A DNA stretch of 63,957 nucleotides, counting the filler, from Folioceros fuciformis (lineage: Eukaryota): assembly GCA_049999805.1 (NCBI GenBank). It is 12 parts of 12 records of this genome, joined end to end, with 100 filler letters (N's around TTAATTAATTAA, not from the genome) between each part and the next. Parts side by side here need not be neighbours in the genome. Positions count along the whole stretch, not along the records: positions 20,459 to 31,857 come from JBNGIO010002273.1; positions 31,958 to 44,891 come from JBNGIO010002274.1; 10 more parts are not named here. One strand, given 5' to 3'. Both the position numbers and the translations under genes were made by a program. The notes beneath the pieces were generated by a model. It worked only from the letters and a program-made list of their open reading frames with translations, was not told where the DNA came from and did not search any database. Below, piece by piece: positions 24,087 through 37,582 of this stretch (positions within the stretch are counted from its first letter, which is position 1; every line of letters begins with the position of its first letter).

Positions 24087-27000
24087 ATGGACGGGGTGGC
24101 CTCCGTGTCCAGCTCCAGCTCGACCAGGCCAAGGTTTGTGAGGAGAGGGGAGTCCTTGGTGGAGACGGACGCTGCTCAGGGTGATGGAGATGGGAGCAAG
24201 AGAGTATCGATCAGAGAAGGGTCACAGTTGATGGGCACTTTTGTGTACCTCATGTGTAAGTTGAGAGTTCGGAAGCAGCGGATACTGAGTTGGTTGGCTT
24301 TCGGTTGGGTGGATGAGGGGCTTGGCCCAGGTTTGATGTTGAAGCCGTGTTTGTGGCCTGGGTGCCAGTGTCTCAGGTGGTGGCCCGAGGTCTCACCTTC
24401 GTGCTGAATCTGTTGGTGGCGAGGAAGCTTTCGCATGAGTTGTATGCGGTGAGTGAGATTTGTGTTTTGGATTTTTCAGGCTACAAGTAGTGGCTTGTTG
24501 TGAAGTAAGTTTTCCTGGGTTTCGAGTACAGGTTCATGACGTGTCCACAGGCTGATGATCTGAATTTCTGGGTTTCCCAGTTGTTTTCAGTGCAGTTCCA
24601 TCTATTGACGACTACCATTCTGTTCCTCAGCCGTGAAGGGTTTCGAAGGGGTTGCCTTCGCAGCAACATCAGGTGCGGGGTGTGGCATTGTATTAGGAAT
24701 ATTTCTTGATGCATCTGTTCCAGCTGGATCTCTCAGATGAGGAGTCTTTGGTTTCAGGCCTGGAACTGAAAGCAGTTACAATGTTTTGAGGGTCGCATGG
24801 ATGACCGTGCCCGTATGTCTTCTCGTGACAGTCCTAGTCACTGCGCTGACAATATGGTACAGTGAGCGCCAACTGTCAGATAGCTACGTTCGTGCTGTTC
24901 TCTTACATGGTAAAGGGAGCCAAGGCTCTATTTCTCCAACCATATTCACTGGTGTATATATCCCGTGAGCCCACAGTCTGAATCACCTGGCGGGCTTGAG
25001 CGTGTTTTACTTCGATCTCCAACTTCTCTCATCGGATTTTGCAGCTGCATCAGCGGTATTAGAGATTATGAGTGAGCCTCTTTACATAGTTGCTCAAAAT
25101 GCTGGTCTTCTCAAGCTGCGCGTGGTTGCGGACGGGGTTGCTACTTTTCTCCGCTGTTCTGTCACATACATCCTAATTGATCGTGGAGTCGGACAGGTAG
25201 TCTGACTTGCCTTTGCTGGCGAGGTACTGTCCCCGGGCTAATATCTGTCAGGTGTCTAGTCACTGAGTTGTTGGCTTGATCATCGACGGTTAAGGCTTGG
25301 TGACTGCAGGACGGAGGACTGGTCTTTGCCTACGCCCAAGTTGTTTATGCCTGCTGCTTGTTGTCGATTTATTGGGGCTACTTCATCAGGAGAGTCTACT
25401 TTGCGAGTGGGGACCACAGTTGGGAAGGGTTTTCAGTTTTACCCATCAGGTCTGGTTTCTACGTCTCATGTTGGACGCTTCCGAAATTGCTCTCCTGTTG
25501 CAAGCCGCTTCATCATTTCCAAGCTTTCTGACCTTGCTTGACTCTGTGAGACTGCAGGAAAAATGACTCAAAGCTGGATATCCCTTTGCTTGCTCTATGC
25601 GCCACATTCTGTTTCCAGTCACTTTGGAAACTGGCACTGCAGGAAGGAGAGAAATTTTTTCTGGTTATGTTTGACACACCGTACAACCAAGGAGTGTATG
25701 GCCTCGTTGACAAATTAGGCAGGTAACTTTCGGATCTGGGCTCTTATGCTATCATGGGCACACGATTGGCAGCCTCAATCCCGCTCTTCACACATGCAGG
25801 CAGTTTGGTTGTGCGTTCGCTGCTTCAGCCATTTGAAGAAAGCATCTTCATTGTGTTTGCTAAGGCTGCGACAGGAGATGGTGAGGGGACTGCAACTTGC
25901 TTCCGAACCATTCTTCCGAACAATGATTTTGGACATCACAGACTCATGGAGCCTTTGGCATGCTTTCAGTTACGGAGCTAACATATAAGAAACATGACAT
26001 AGAGCGCACCTTTCTCCTTTCTCTCAAGCTGGTGAACATGCTGGGTGAGACTAGAGTTGGAGCAGTTTATCGAGTTGTTCTTTGAGGCACGGTCACCTTC
26101 ATGGTATTGGCCTAACATCTCTGTTGCAATGCAGGATTGGTAGTCGTAACATTCGGCCCTCACTATTCATATGTTCTGATCAGGTTGCTCTACGGCAGGG
26201 AATGGAGTGATGGTGAAGCACCCGCAGCACTGGGAGCTTACTGCGTGTACGTCATGGCTCTTGCACTGAACGGTATGTTCTCCACCCCACTACCCACATC
26301 CACACGTCAGTTGAAGTTATAATCTCAGTCCAACCGAATTGTTCCTCACAGGCACAACGGAGGCATTCTTACACGCAGTTGTGACCAAGAGCCAACTGGC
26401 CTGGTCAAATGCATGGCTGGTGATTTGTTCATTCACTCTCGTTGTCCTGAGTGTGGTTCTCATAAAAGTGGCCGGATCAACAGGCCTCATCGTAGCCAGT
26501 TCCATCAGTATCCAGTTTATGTTTTTGCCTTGTTGAAGAGATAAGTTCAGATTGATGCACGATTCCGTCATTTCTTGACTTGTCCTTTCAGACATGTGCA
26601 TGAGAATTTGCTATTCGCTTCTGTTCATCAACAGGTTTTTCAAGGCAAGTATTTTTGAAAAGTTGGTGTACGAGCAGCTGAAGTGACCCACGGTTTCAGT
26701 GACATTTTCTGTTGTCCTTCCAGGATTCAACAACATTCCGAATATGGAGAGCAGTACCAAATCTCCGAGTGCTACTGGTGCTTGTTCTGTCGGCATTGCT
26801 GACATACATATCAAAAGACAGGCTGCTGGAGAGAGATCGCTTTGCTATCTCAGCAGTGTATCACATTGCACTCGGCTGCCTGTGCCTCACAATTTTTGGA
26901 GCATCTATGTATCCTAACCAAGACGTTCTTACCTCCAGTGTGTGTTAGGAAGCACTAATGTGGTTTGTCATGCCTGTCTTGTTGGATAGTACGTGCTACA

Positions 27001-27096
27001 GGCCCACTCCTTGACAAGTTTGCTTTCAACAGATACCGATATGAGCGAACTTTTATCCACGCTTTGACGAGTTTAAGAGTGTTAAAAGAGGAGTAG
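24087..27096 (+). CDS. RFT1: RFT1 (Man5GlcNAc2-PP-dolichol translocation protein, MOP flippase family), multi-exon
   Basis: [118 protein letters not shown]. Stop TAG at 27094-27096. Confidence 0.95.
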
Positions 27097-27509
27097 GCTG
27101 CCATGGAAGTTTCTCGTCCGTCTTCCGGTTTTACACTTTTTGTGTACGAGCATCCTTCCGGCTTTTTGAAGACACATTTCAAGCTGTCTTCCGAGTTACA
27201 TCAGGTAACATGTACAGTAGGTGCGCGAGAAAACGATGTTTCAATGATCCTGAAGATGCTTGCAGCGCTTTCAAGCGCAAGCACTATCCTGGTCTGTCTC
27301 GCCTCTTCTGGGGTGGATGGGTTAGGAGAGTTCCTTTCAATTTCAGTTGAAACCTGAAGATACAAACCAACATCCCTATCCCTGTGAAACCCAATTACAT
27401 CTCAAGTAGGTCGCTTTTGCTGTTCTGCTCACGACTTAAAGGTTGAAGGTTGTCTACAGTAGGTTTAAAGCCCATGCATGCCTAAGTGTGATCCGCTGGG
27501 TCCCCTTCG

Positions 27510-28526
27510 TCGTGGACAACATACTCTTGATCCAACATTGAAATGTCATTTACCGCGTTTTGGTTATAGCGCGCAGTCCTGCATTGAGAATCTGAGACTA
27601 GGACGTCGTCCTAAATCTGATAAACATTTTGAACACATCCAAGCCTCGTCGATTTCGTCAAACAACAGACAAGCGTAAGGCCTACTCCGGACCGACTCCG
27701 TCAATTGCTACCTTTCAATCCGCATGGCTGCGTATGGCCAACCGTGTCCACTCTGACTGCTGCTTCCTCCTTGCTTGTCAGGTAAGAGGCAAGCGTCTTG
27801 GCCAACTCGGTTCCAACAACCCCCGTGAGTTTCATGTACACAAAAAAACGGGCAATTGGTTTGGTTTAAGTCACACAGTACAGCCCCTGATTTTTGTATA
27901 GCCTCAGCAGCTATCACCACAGGATCTTGGCCACCACCCTTTAGTGCAACTCCTCAAAACGGTACAACAGCTTCCCCCTCTCTAATTTGTTGAAGTTGTA
28001 ACATGCTAATCCCTGTCCACTTCTTTACAGTCTCCGCAAAGAGGAAGTCACATGTATTTCTGGGTTTCGATAGTCATCGTAAGCATTTTCCACAACCTGC
28101 AGCTGTCGTTGCAGAGACATCTGCCAAACTTGAGTTCGGCAGCTTGCATGAGAACATTCTGCTTGTGAGGTCTCAATATTGACTGTGTCAACCTGTACCA
28201 TCATTGCATAGAACGTAACCACTTAGCGCACGCATTCTGTTCCACATGGAAAGGAGATGCTCAAACGCTAGAGCCAAACGCTCACCTCGTCTTTCATGAA
28301 CTGAATCCGTGTCACCGTCGACTTCTCGTGTTCCCACTTGTCTGTTAGCTCTTCCTGTCTCTGTTGAAGAGACTCCAACTCGGTTACAAGTAAGGCGAGC
28401 CGGTCCTTAGAGGCTTCATCTGCAACACCACCATTTCATCTATAACTTCAACACAGCCCATCAATTTCGTCCAGGGCTGTTGGCATGGAAGTGACCTCCA
28501 CCTTCAGTTTGGCAGCTGCTTCATCC
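27510..28526 (-). pseudogene. CLPB: Decayed fragment of organellar (ClpB3-like) ClpB/HSP100: end of NBD1, middle domain, start of NBD2
   Basis: Across frameshifts and stops: DEAAAKLKVEVTSMPTALDEID; DEASKDRLALLVTELESLQQRQEELTDKWEHEKSTVTRIQFMKDE|VDTVNIE; AAELKFG..SLQRQLQ; KWTGI; EELH*RVV.GQDP; AEAIQKS; TGVVGTELAKTLASYL (degenerate Walker A); RSRPYACLLFDEIDEA. GT-AG intron 28193-28285 is retained. Confidence 0.88.
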
Positions 28527-29299
28527 ATCAGGGATTGCAGCATTCAATCCCTTTCGTGACAATTGGGACTCTATGACGAGCTGCTGCCCAAACCGCTTTA
28601 TCATAATTGGACCCTAGCAGTCCGAGCTCCGAGCTCTGTCCAGAAGACCCCCTAAGTCGTCTTGTCCAAGCATTAAACCACCGTTTCCCACAATCACCTA
28701 TTCTTGACAAAGGGTGCAGGTCAGAGCTGTTCATGGTTAAATGACCTCGCGCACAAACCAGCACTACCTTGAAAATACATGACTCAGGTACTACTCACAT
28801 CAAGCTTCCTTGGTATGAAGAGGTCAGTAGCTTGGATCAAGGACGTGTTGTCTGTGCCAGGTCTGGCAAAAAATGTACCGTCCTTTGTTGCTCCGCCAGC
28901 GCCTCTACAGTGCTCGGCTCCCACAGTCCGCTACTTGAGAGTAGGTAGATGGATCCCAGCACACGCACAAATGCATCCCGATATCCCCACCCCGTCAACC
29001 TAAGGCCAGCCACATCCCTGTCGGTCTACTCGGCGGAAAATGCTTTCACCGGAACGAACTAGCGTGGCAATGAAGCAAACTCCAGATCGAAAAGAAGGCA
29101 ACTCCAAATCGGAATTAGGGCTAGCCAACGTTACCCAGAACCGTAAATGACCTTACTGCCCCTTATTCTAGGTCCTGTCCGTGGACGAATTCAGCATCAG
29201 GAGCCGTATAGAGAATTTTTTTTCGGTCACGCTATAAATGCCTCCTTCGGGTGCGGAAGTTGTCAGAGGTGCACTGACTGGAGCTGCGGGTCCGTGGCG

Positions 29300-31157
29300 A
29301 TGGCGCTGGCGTCTCCGCCTCCGGACGAGCCCTTAACCGGTGGTTCTTCTCACCAGCAGAAGACTCAGCAGCAAGCATCTCTTGCTGCTCAATCATCTAA
29401 AGGCGCGGCAGCAGCGAGGGAGGATGGCCGGGAAGAGGAAGAGGCCAGCAGTCCGACGGGTACGGTGCTTTTTGTTGGCTTCAATCAGGACAATGGGTGC
29501 TTCGCTTGCGGCACGGATGCAGGGTTCCGGATCTTCAATTGCGAACCGTTCAAGGAAACTTTTTGGAGGGAGCACAACGGCGGTGTTGGGCTGGTGGAGA
29601 TGCTCTTTAGGTGCAACATCCTGGCAGTGGTCGGAGGCGGAGCGTCTCCGCGCTTCCCGCCTAACAAGGTGATGATTTGGGACGATCACCTGGGCCGGTG
29701 TATCGGGGAGCTGTCTTTCAGGTCGGAGGTGCGAGCTGTGAGGTTGAAGAGGGACCGGATCATTGTTGTGCTGGAGCACAAGATTTATGTGTACAATTTC
29801 TCCGACCTGAAGCTGCTGCAACAAATTGATACCACTTCAAACCCGAAAGGACTTTGTGCTGTCTCCCCGTCCGTCAATTCTTCCGTACTAGTCTGCCCTG
29901 GGCTCAACAGGGGCCAGGTAAGTACGGAGTTCTCGGATGTGGTTGCAGCTGCTGTTGCGTCGTATGATGTCACGTCCTGTTCGGTCACTCTCACCCCGCT
30001 CTCATCGGTGGTGATGCTGTGTGATCGGCAGGTTCGTGTTGAGAATTACGGTTTGAAGAAGACGATGTTCATCTCGGCTCATGACTCCAGTATTGCATGT
30101 TTTGCTTTGACCATAGAAGGCAAAACCCTCGCAACAGCAAGCACGAAGGGAACTCTTATCAGGATCTTCAACACTTCGGATGGAACGCAGCTGCAAGAGG
30201 TATGCTCCGTTCCTCTCACCATGGAGCGTAAGCTTTGAAGTCTGCTTTGATGTGTCGTTGGAGGTCTGAGGTGTTGATATGCAGATTTCCTGGCCATGCC
30301 TCCTGGTCCCACGCTTTGCCTTGAGCTCACTTTCTGTGTTCGACATTGTTTGCTTGTTTTGGTGTGACTTGTTGATGCTTTCAGTCATCACTGTACAGCT
30401 TCGCCGCCCTAACAGGCTTGTCACCTGAGCTGCTATGGGTTTATATACTTGTTTTAATCCGTTTCACATGTTGCCATCTGCAGCTTCGTCGAGGTTCAGA
30501 TAGGGCAGAGATTTTCAGTCTGTGCTTTTCATCAAACGCCCAGTGGTTGGCAGTTTCGAGTGACAAGGGGACAGTCCATGTCTTCACATTGAAGTCACCA
30601 ACAGTTGCTGAAGAGAAAAAAACTGTTGAATCTCCTACGCCATCTACTGGAGGCAGTGCACAAGTTAACTCTGGAAATGGCAACAACAGTGGCAATCCAG
30701 CTGGGACATCAGGTGCCTTGTCACCTGGTGGTGCAAATCCGGGCTCATCATTTTCGTTCTTGAAAGGTATACACGTTGCCTCTGAGTCTGTTTATCTGAC
30801 CTCCTCCTCTGGTCCTATTGAACTTACGCTTGCCATTGTTCTTGCAGGTGTTCTACCGAAGTATTTCAGCTCCGAGTGGTCGTTTGCTCAGTTCCGTCTC
30901 CCTGACGAAACTCGAGCTATTGTGGCTTTTGGGCCGCAGAAGAATACACTAGTGGTTGTTGGCACTGATGGGAGGTCGGGTCTCTCTGCTTGCCTGTCTT
31001 GTATTTGTGTCCCCTCCATCTGATACCTAGACCCTAAAGCTCTCGTCGTTTGTTCACCAGCTTCTACAAGTGTGCCTTTGATCCTGTCCATGGTGGGGCA
31101 GTGACCCAGCTGGAGTATAGAAGATTCTTGAAACCGGAGGAGGAGGTTGCTGCTTAG
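29300..31157 (+). CDS. ATG18: Autophagy-related protein 18 (ATG18/WIPI PROPPIN, WD40), 5 exons
   Basis: [66 protein letters not shown] lipid-binding motif; [14 protein letters not shown]. Exons 29300-29917, 30032-30199, 30484-30766, 30848-30974, 31061-31157. Confidence 0.97.
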
Positions 31158-31957
31158 GCCTTCGAAAGATTACATCTTTTGGATTGTGCATTCAAGTTTT
31201 CCCTACATGTGCATATGATTTGAAGTGGTGGTGGAATAACCATGTCAGGTAACTGCGCTGACGTGCTGCTTTGGAAAGCACTCTCAGACTTCGAGGTTGT
31301 ACATAGTTTTGTGTAAATTTCAGTGGATATGCCAGGCTTAGTTTGATTTCCATATACTCCCCTGATTCCTAAGGGCGATTAGTAGCCCTCTCGTCACGTC
31401 TTAATTAGCTAGAAATTGACTTATATGCAGAATTGCAACTTTGGAACGGGGCTAACTTGACGTAGTCCTCCCTGCACTACCAGTATCAAGCAGGGTTCCA
31501 GCAGGCCGGTCGCCTTACCAGGTGAGGGGCTGAGAACTGGATTTTGGGTCTCCTTTTAGAACTCAACTTGTGGCAGGCCAGGTTGCAAACAAAGCAGTCA
31601 TGTCATGCCCACATGCTAGTTGCGTTTTTTTTAGATGTGTCGTATGGGTAGATCACCTGTTGGAGTCCCTCAAAGGCGTCACGATGGTTGGTAAAACGGG
31701 GGCAATCGATTCCGGCATCGAAAGCCATTTCTCGCTCGCTCCCAACCAAAGAAATGAGACAGGCTGAATGTTTTGAAGACGCTGCGGGTAGCTTTGCTTG
31801 GCTCCGTGATATGCTTCATTACTTGTCACTTTCCTTCTTCCGTGCCGTCGTTCGAGTNNNNNNNNNNNNNNNNNNNNNNNNNNNNNNNNNNNNNNNNNNN
31901 NTTAATTAATTAANNNNNNNNNNNNNNNNNNNNNNNNNNNNNNNNNNNNNNNNNNNN

Positions 31958-34900
31958 CCGGGGGCTGTAGACCAGGGGGTCTTGCACAAGGAGGGCACTA
32001 GGGAGGGCGGTGGTGAGGCCCAAAACATTGAGCTCCTTTGTAACAACTGCCTAAGCCCACCTGGGAGGCACATCATTTCCCCTACCCTACAGGAGGAGTG
32101 CTTTTCTACCCCTTGTGCAGAAGATTATCCCGAGCCAATCTGGCATGAAGTTCCAGCTGGTTTCTCAAACGAAGGGGCAGTCATTGCCCTTAACTCAGAG
32201 GACAGCAAGCATACCCCGTCAGTGGTGTCTGGGGTGCGGGGAGTCATCTCCAGACAATCAGAGACTTCTCTCCCCACAAAGGAGGAGCGTCCAAGTGCTC
32301 CTGCTTCCTTAGCGAGCACGGGTCTGATACGTTTGGCGGTGGCTAGGAAGATGAAGGGCTTGTACCAATTTCTGGCCATGGTTTGTTCAGAAGGAGAAGA
32401 GGTCTTGGTGTCCATTTCCGCAAAGCCATCATGCGCGCTAAAGGAGAAGATCTTCAGCAGTGGAGAAGATCTTTAGACTGCTGGCAGCAAGAGGAGTATT
32501 AACAAGCAAAGAGGGAAAGGAAGTTGAATACTATAGTGGTGTGTGCCGGTCAGATGAGCACCACTTTGTGGACATCCACCTTAAAGAGGTCAGGTGAGCA
32601 CCACTTTGTGGACATCCACCTTGAAGAAGCTGCTGCTCTGGTTCTCCCCCTGGAGGCGGAGTGGAGGTGGATCCTATCAGCCCCCTGGGCGAAGGGCTAC
32701 GATGGGAAGGCTCTGGACCAGGAAGGAAGGGGACGCAATGGGGGTATGCCACTTGAAGACGCGGCGGTCATGGCTGTGCGGAAATCAAAGCGTTTACAGC
32801 AGAAGATGCAAGAGCGCAAGCTGAGTAGTCCTCGTGCAGGACTGATGGATAGTGGCAACACCCATGCATCGAAACCCAATGCAGTTCGAAATTTCTTTAG
32901 TAAGCAAGACAACGTGGATGGGAATTGATCACTTGGGGAAGTACGAGTGGGGAACTCACTTATGGGTTTTATCCTGGAATGTGCGAGGTTTGGAAGGTTG
33001 GTCGAAATCAGCATATGTATTCAGGAACACAAACTGTTGGCCTCGAAATCAGCATGTCTTCAGGAACACAAACTGTCGGCCAATCACATACGGCGAATCA
33101 AGAAAATCTTCCTACCAAGACGAACAGTGTGGGTACGGGCAAGATATGCAGCAGAAGGTGCTAGTTCTAAGCAAGATATGCAGCAGAAGGTGCTAGTTCT
33201 AAGCAAGATATGCAGCAGAAGGTGCTAGTTCTAACCCCGGTGAATATGATTCGGCCATGAGGGGAAGTGTTTCTATTACGATCCATCCAGAACAAGCACA
33301 AAACGTCTTGGAGACAGGACAAGACGAACTGGGGAGATCTGTTTGGGTGGTGTTGCAGACTACTAAAGGCCCTTGGGCATATACAACGGTTATGCTCCTA
33401 ACGAGGGTTTGGAGAGGAGGCTCTTATGGGCACGATTAGGTAAACACATGAATGATTAGATACCATGGATGTTGGCGGAAGACTTCAATTTTGTTGAAAG
33501 CCATCCGGACATCCAAGGAATAGTGAGGTGGACATTCAAAGGGTGCCCTTATTGTGGCAAGAACTAAGGGACACTATTTGAATGTGCAAGATCCTTGGTT
33601 GGCTCTTCCGGCGCACCATGAACAAGATCCCAGGTTCAGTTGGTCCTATTGGCAGTTGGCGTCTTATGGGGCTCGAAAACTAGATGGATTCCATGTCCTC
33701 ACTGGGTGGCTACCACTTGTGCAGGAGTGTAGTATTTTGGTTGGTACAGAGCTATTAGACCACCACCCGATTAGCTTGTCTTTGCAATTATCCCCCGGAG
33801 CCCTTCGGCACAAAAGGGATAAGAGAGGTTTTTGGATGAATATGTCTCTTCTACCGGAAGAAGGGGTGTATGAGCGCGTCAAGGAGCTATGGCAAGGAAT
33901 AGAGGGAGGAGAGAAGTTGACTATGTGAAGGCTTATGAGTGTGAACCTGAAGCCACCACCTTTCTAAGGAGGTTGGGCGCAAGGCGCGAAAAAGACAAAG
34001 CCTGGACAGAGGACTTTCTTCGGGATGAATTGGGATACGTATGAAGAGTAGGAGAAGTGCGAGCGCTAACTGGGGAAGAGGAAAGTTGGCTTCGGGAAAT
34101 TCGATGTGACCTTGCAAAGCTTGAAGAGGATAGAGCCAAGGGATGTACAAACGGGCTAAAGTGAAATGGGTGCAAGAAGGAGTCTGCCCCTCAAAGTTCT
34201 TCTTCGACAAGGTAGCAACAAATCGATATAAGTCAAGAATTCCCGCTCTCCCCGACACGTAGGGCATCAGGCAAGACTCCCTTAGTGACTTGAAAAAACT
34301 GATCACCTGCTTTTATGTAGGGATTTTTGCAAGTCTCGAGAAGCTGGAATGTTGGGAGGATCTTTGGAGCTCATCCTATGGGCAATTTCTTGCTAAACTG
34401 ATAGAAGCGCAACACAGTGTTTTTGACAAGCCTATCACAGCTGCTGAGATAGCTCAAGCGCTGAAGGAGATGCCAAGGAACAAATCTCCAGAGCAATACG
34501 GAATCCACCCTAAATTTCTGGTTTGGGGTTGGGAGTTTATGAGTCCGTTCTTTATAGAGGCAGTCAACACAATTTGGGAGGAAGGTAGTATGGGCCCATG
34601 CTTTAACCTGGGCCTCATCTCCCACTTACCTTAACAGGATGCTAGTCTCTCCATTGCTAGTTGGCAATCCATCACCCTACTAACAACAACTTACAAAGTG
34701 ATTGCTTGAGTCTTAGTAAACAAGCTCAAGCCCTTTCTGGACGATTGGTTGGAGGTGGAGCAACGGGGTTTCATCCAGAACAGGTGTATTCTAAACAACC
34801 TACTACTTTTGCATGAGGCTAAGTATAATGCTCTGTCTCATCACAAACCAGCGGTGTTCATTTCCTTAGATTTCTACAAGGCTTATGACTCTGTTGAATA

Positions 34901-37322
34901 TCACTTCCTCTAGAGATGTTTGCGAAGTTTTGGGCTTGGTAACAACTTCTACAGGTGGATTGCAATTCTTTGCTAGGATGCAGGCGCAATGGTCTCTGTC
35001 AACAGCTCCTTTACCGACAGGTTTGATATTACGCGTTCAGTACGGCAAGGATGCCCGTTGGCCCCGTTCCTGTTCATCATTGTCACTAACTTTCTCTTGA
35101 GAGCAGTCAAGCAGGACTCAAGGATAGAAGGCATTCAGAATCCCGATGGCTCGTAGTTGTGCATCTCAGCATTTGCTGATGACACCTTGCTTTTCACATC
35201 GGGCATATACAACTTCCTTAACAACCCTGCTCTCTCAGGTACACATTTTTGGGCAAGTATTAGCATGCAATGTGGATTGGAATTATACTAGGATGATGTG
35301 CATTAACATGCAAGGGGAGCCTCCCACATGCATCAGGCGCAAAGTGCGGGTCCAGCCCAGCTCATCACACAAGTACCTAGGCCTACCATTCTAGGAAGAG
35401 GATGAGAATGCAGAGATTGGTAAATATGTTTGCCTCCGGTTCATCCGGAAGGCAACCAGCTTACGTCTTTTGGATCTTAGTCTGGCAAGCAGAATTGTGG
35501 TCATAAACCATATTTTGATTACTTCCCTGTGGTACTATCTGTTCTTGTGGGCTCCTAGCAAGGTGGACCTGAGGAGATTGCAATAGATTATTTCTAACTT
35601 CTTATGGAGCAAGTTTAAGGACTTGCTCTCTTCTTCCCATAAGGTGGTGCGGCAACATATTATTCAGAGCAAGAGCTTGGTTGGGCTAGGGTTGGTGGAC
35701 CCCACGAGCAAAATGAAGGTTCTACATGTGCAATAGGTTTTGAAGGCATCTGGCCCAATGAGATACCCTTGGAAAAGTTGGTTAACCCAACACTTACAGC
35801 AAACTCAAGTGGTTGCCCGGGGGCGGAGGTCTATGCACAACCTACTAACGGATAGACCCGTGTTGGACACCAAGGACTGCTCCCCTCTCTTTGCCTCAAT
35901 CTGGCGCAGCTTCTTCGAGGTTAAAACCTTCCTTCTCTTAGCCAAGGCTAGGAATAGGGATGATGTGGTGGGCCTTCCTCTCCTAGGCTTTAAGGGGTTG
36001 TGGTCACATGACTTCCTTTCCCGGGTGTACCGGTCCCAGATCTTTGGTTCAGCTAGCTGAAGAGGCATTGTGCAACTCGGCCACTTGTGGAACCGAATAG
36101 TGGATGGCTAGAAAACAGCGGAGGAGGCGCGAGATGAGTTTGGGGTTTTTATCCGACATGTGAGACTAATGCTTTCTTGGCTACAGGAAGGGATGGCAGA
36201 GGAGGGGAAGCAAGCGCTACTACAATAGGCCCAGGTGGGCATCAATATGTGGGGGGCTTACCCCATGGAAGATAGGTCATGTGGTTCCGACCAGGAGGTG
36301 GATGTGCCCCTCCCAGACTTTGACAGAGCGGTGCTCGTGTCTTCACTGACAGATGATAAAGGGAATCTCTCTTATAGGACACTGAATACAGAGGGGTTTC
36401 TGGAGGAGAGAGGTAGAGAGGAAGGGGCGATCGGTGGAGTAGCCCTGAGAGGGATTACTACACTCTATAGGGCTAGGAGGGCGGGTCACTGGCTTACCCA
36501 GGAAGAACAAGGCAACAGGAAATAGACCCTGCAACAAAGTCCAGTAAGATGTTGGTTTCGCTTGAAGGAGAATTGGGAGTTAGTGATGCGTCCCGACCTC
36601 TACACGTGGCCTTGGAGCTCAAGAAGTAAGCAAGCAATCACGAAATCACTCTTCAACTTTCCGTCGGCAGTCATTTACCTCTGACTAGTGTGCGCACAGA
36701 AATCTCTTCGGCGAAGTCGACTGGCTCTTAGGTTGAGGCTTTCTCACCGTCGGCAAAGAGCAACGATCAAACTCTTGTGGTCAACCTTAGGGATCCCCCC
36801 CCAAGGTGAGGGTTACCATCTGGTGTTTCTTTCAAGCTTGCTTGCTTAATGCAGACCGCTAGAACGGGTTGTTGGTGGCTACGGGGGAGGAATGTTGCAG
36901 GCTATGCCTCGTAAACGCCAACATATTTTCTTTCAGTGCGACTATGCGCAAGGTATGTGGAACAAAGTTGGCTGGTGGTTACATAGACTTCTCCTTGAGA
37001 GAACCATCTTGGTTACTGAGCAAACTGCCTTATTCGGGCTAGATGGGCAGTTAGGAAGGCCACTACTTTAGTATTAATGGGGAGTGATATGGTCCTTCTC
37101 TTTTCTCGTTGTGGCAAAACTGGATAGCAATGGTCAATGGCGGGAGTGATCCGGTATCTAGGAAAACTCTATTATGGCGCATTTTTTAATAGGTTCTTGT
37201 GGTCGCGGAAAGCATGCAAACTTCCGCCCACACTAAGTTTAGAGGGAAAGAGAGGAAATTAGCAGGTTTCCTCCTGCACAATGGCTAGTGGGACCACTCC
37301 TACCCGTGGGGCAGGTAAGCCC
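31958..37322 (+). mobile_element. Degenerate L1-clade LINE (ORF1 remnant, APE endonuclease, RT, zf-RVT)
   Basis: VLSWNVRGL (~32965), DFN, LDHHPI endonuclease motifs; MPRNKSP..GIHPKF; EQRGFI; SLDFYKAYDSV; SVRQGCPLAPFLF; FADDT; KYLGLP; HIFFQCDYAQ. Many stops. Confidence 0.92.
33139..33234 (+). repeat. 32-bp tandem triplication inside the LINE endonuclease region
   Basis: gcaagatatgcagcagaaggtgctagttctaa x3. Confidence 0.92.
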
Positions 37323-37582
37323 CATAAGGACCGGGTATCTCCCGCCCACAGGATAGATCAAATTTGCTCGTTTTTGCAGCGTAGAATTAGCTTGCATGCT
37401 AACTCCTCATTTTTTTTTCTTTTTTCGTGAAGAAAATGTCTGATTATATGTAGCTCAAGCTACCGCCAGATTACAGTATTTGCTCACATTACTGCGAAAG
37501 ACGTTAGCCTACATGCTAATTCCTGAATTGCAGAAGTAACAAAACAGAACTATCGTGCAGGCGAGATATCCCCCGTCAATGG

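Noticed and set aside
25719..25803. GC-AG intron in RFT1 (TTAG|GCAGGT)
   Set aside because: An equivalent GT-AG placement (GGCAG|GTAACT...GCAG|TTTG) gives the same mRNA, so it is not evidence for a GC donor.
27201..27353. Exon-like minus segment VSTEIERNSP...VHVT*
   Set aside because: Not ClpB-like and cannot be joined to a supported gene.
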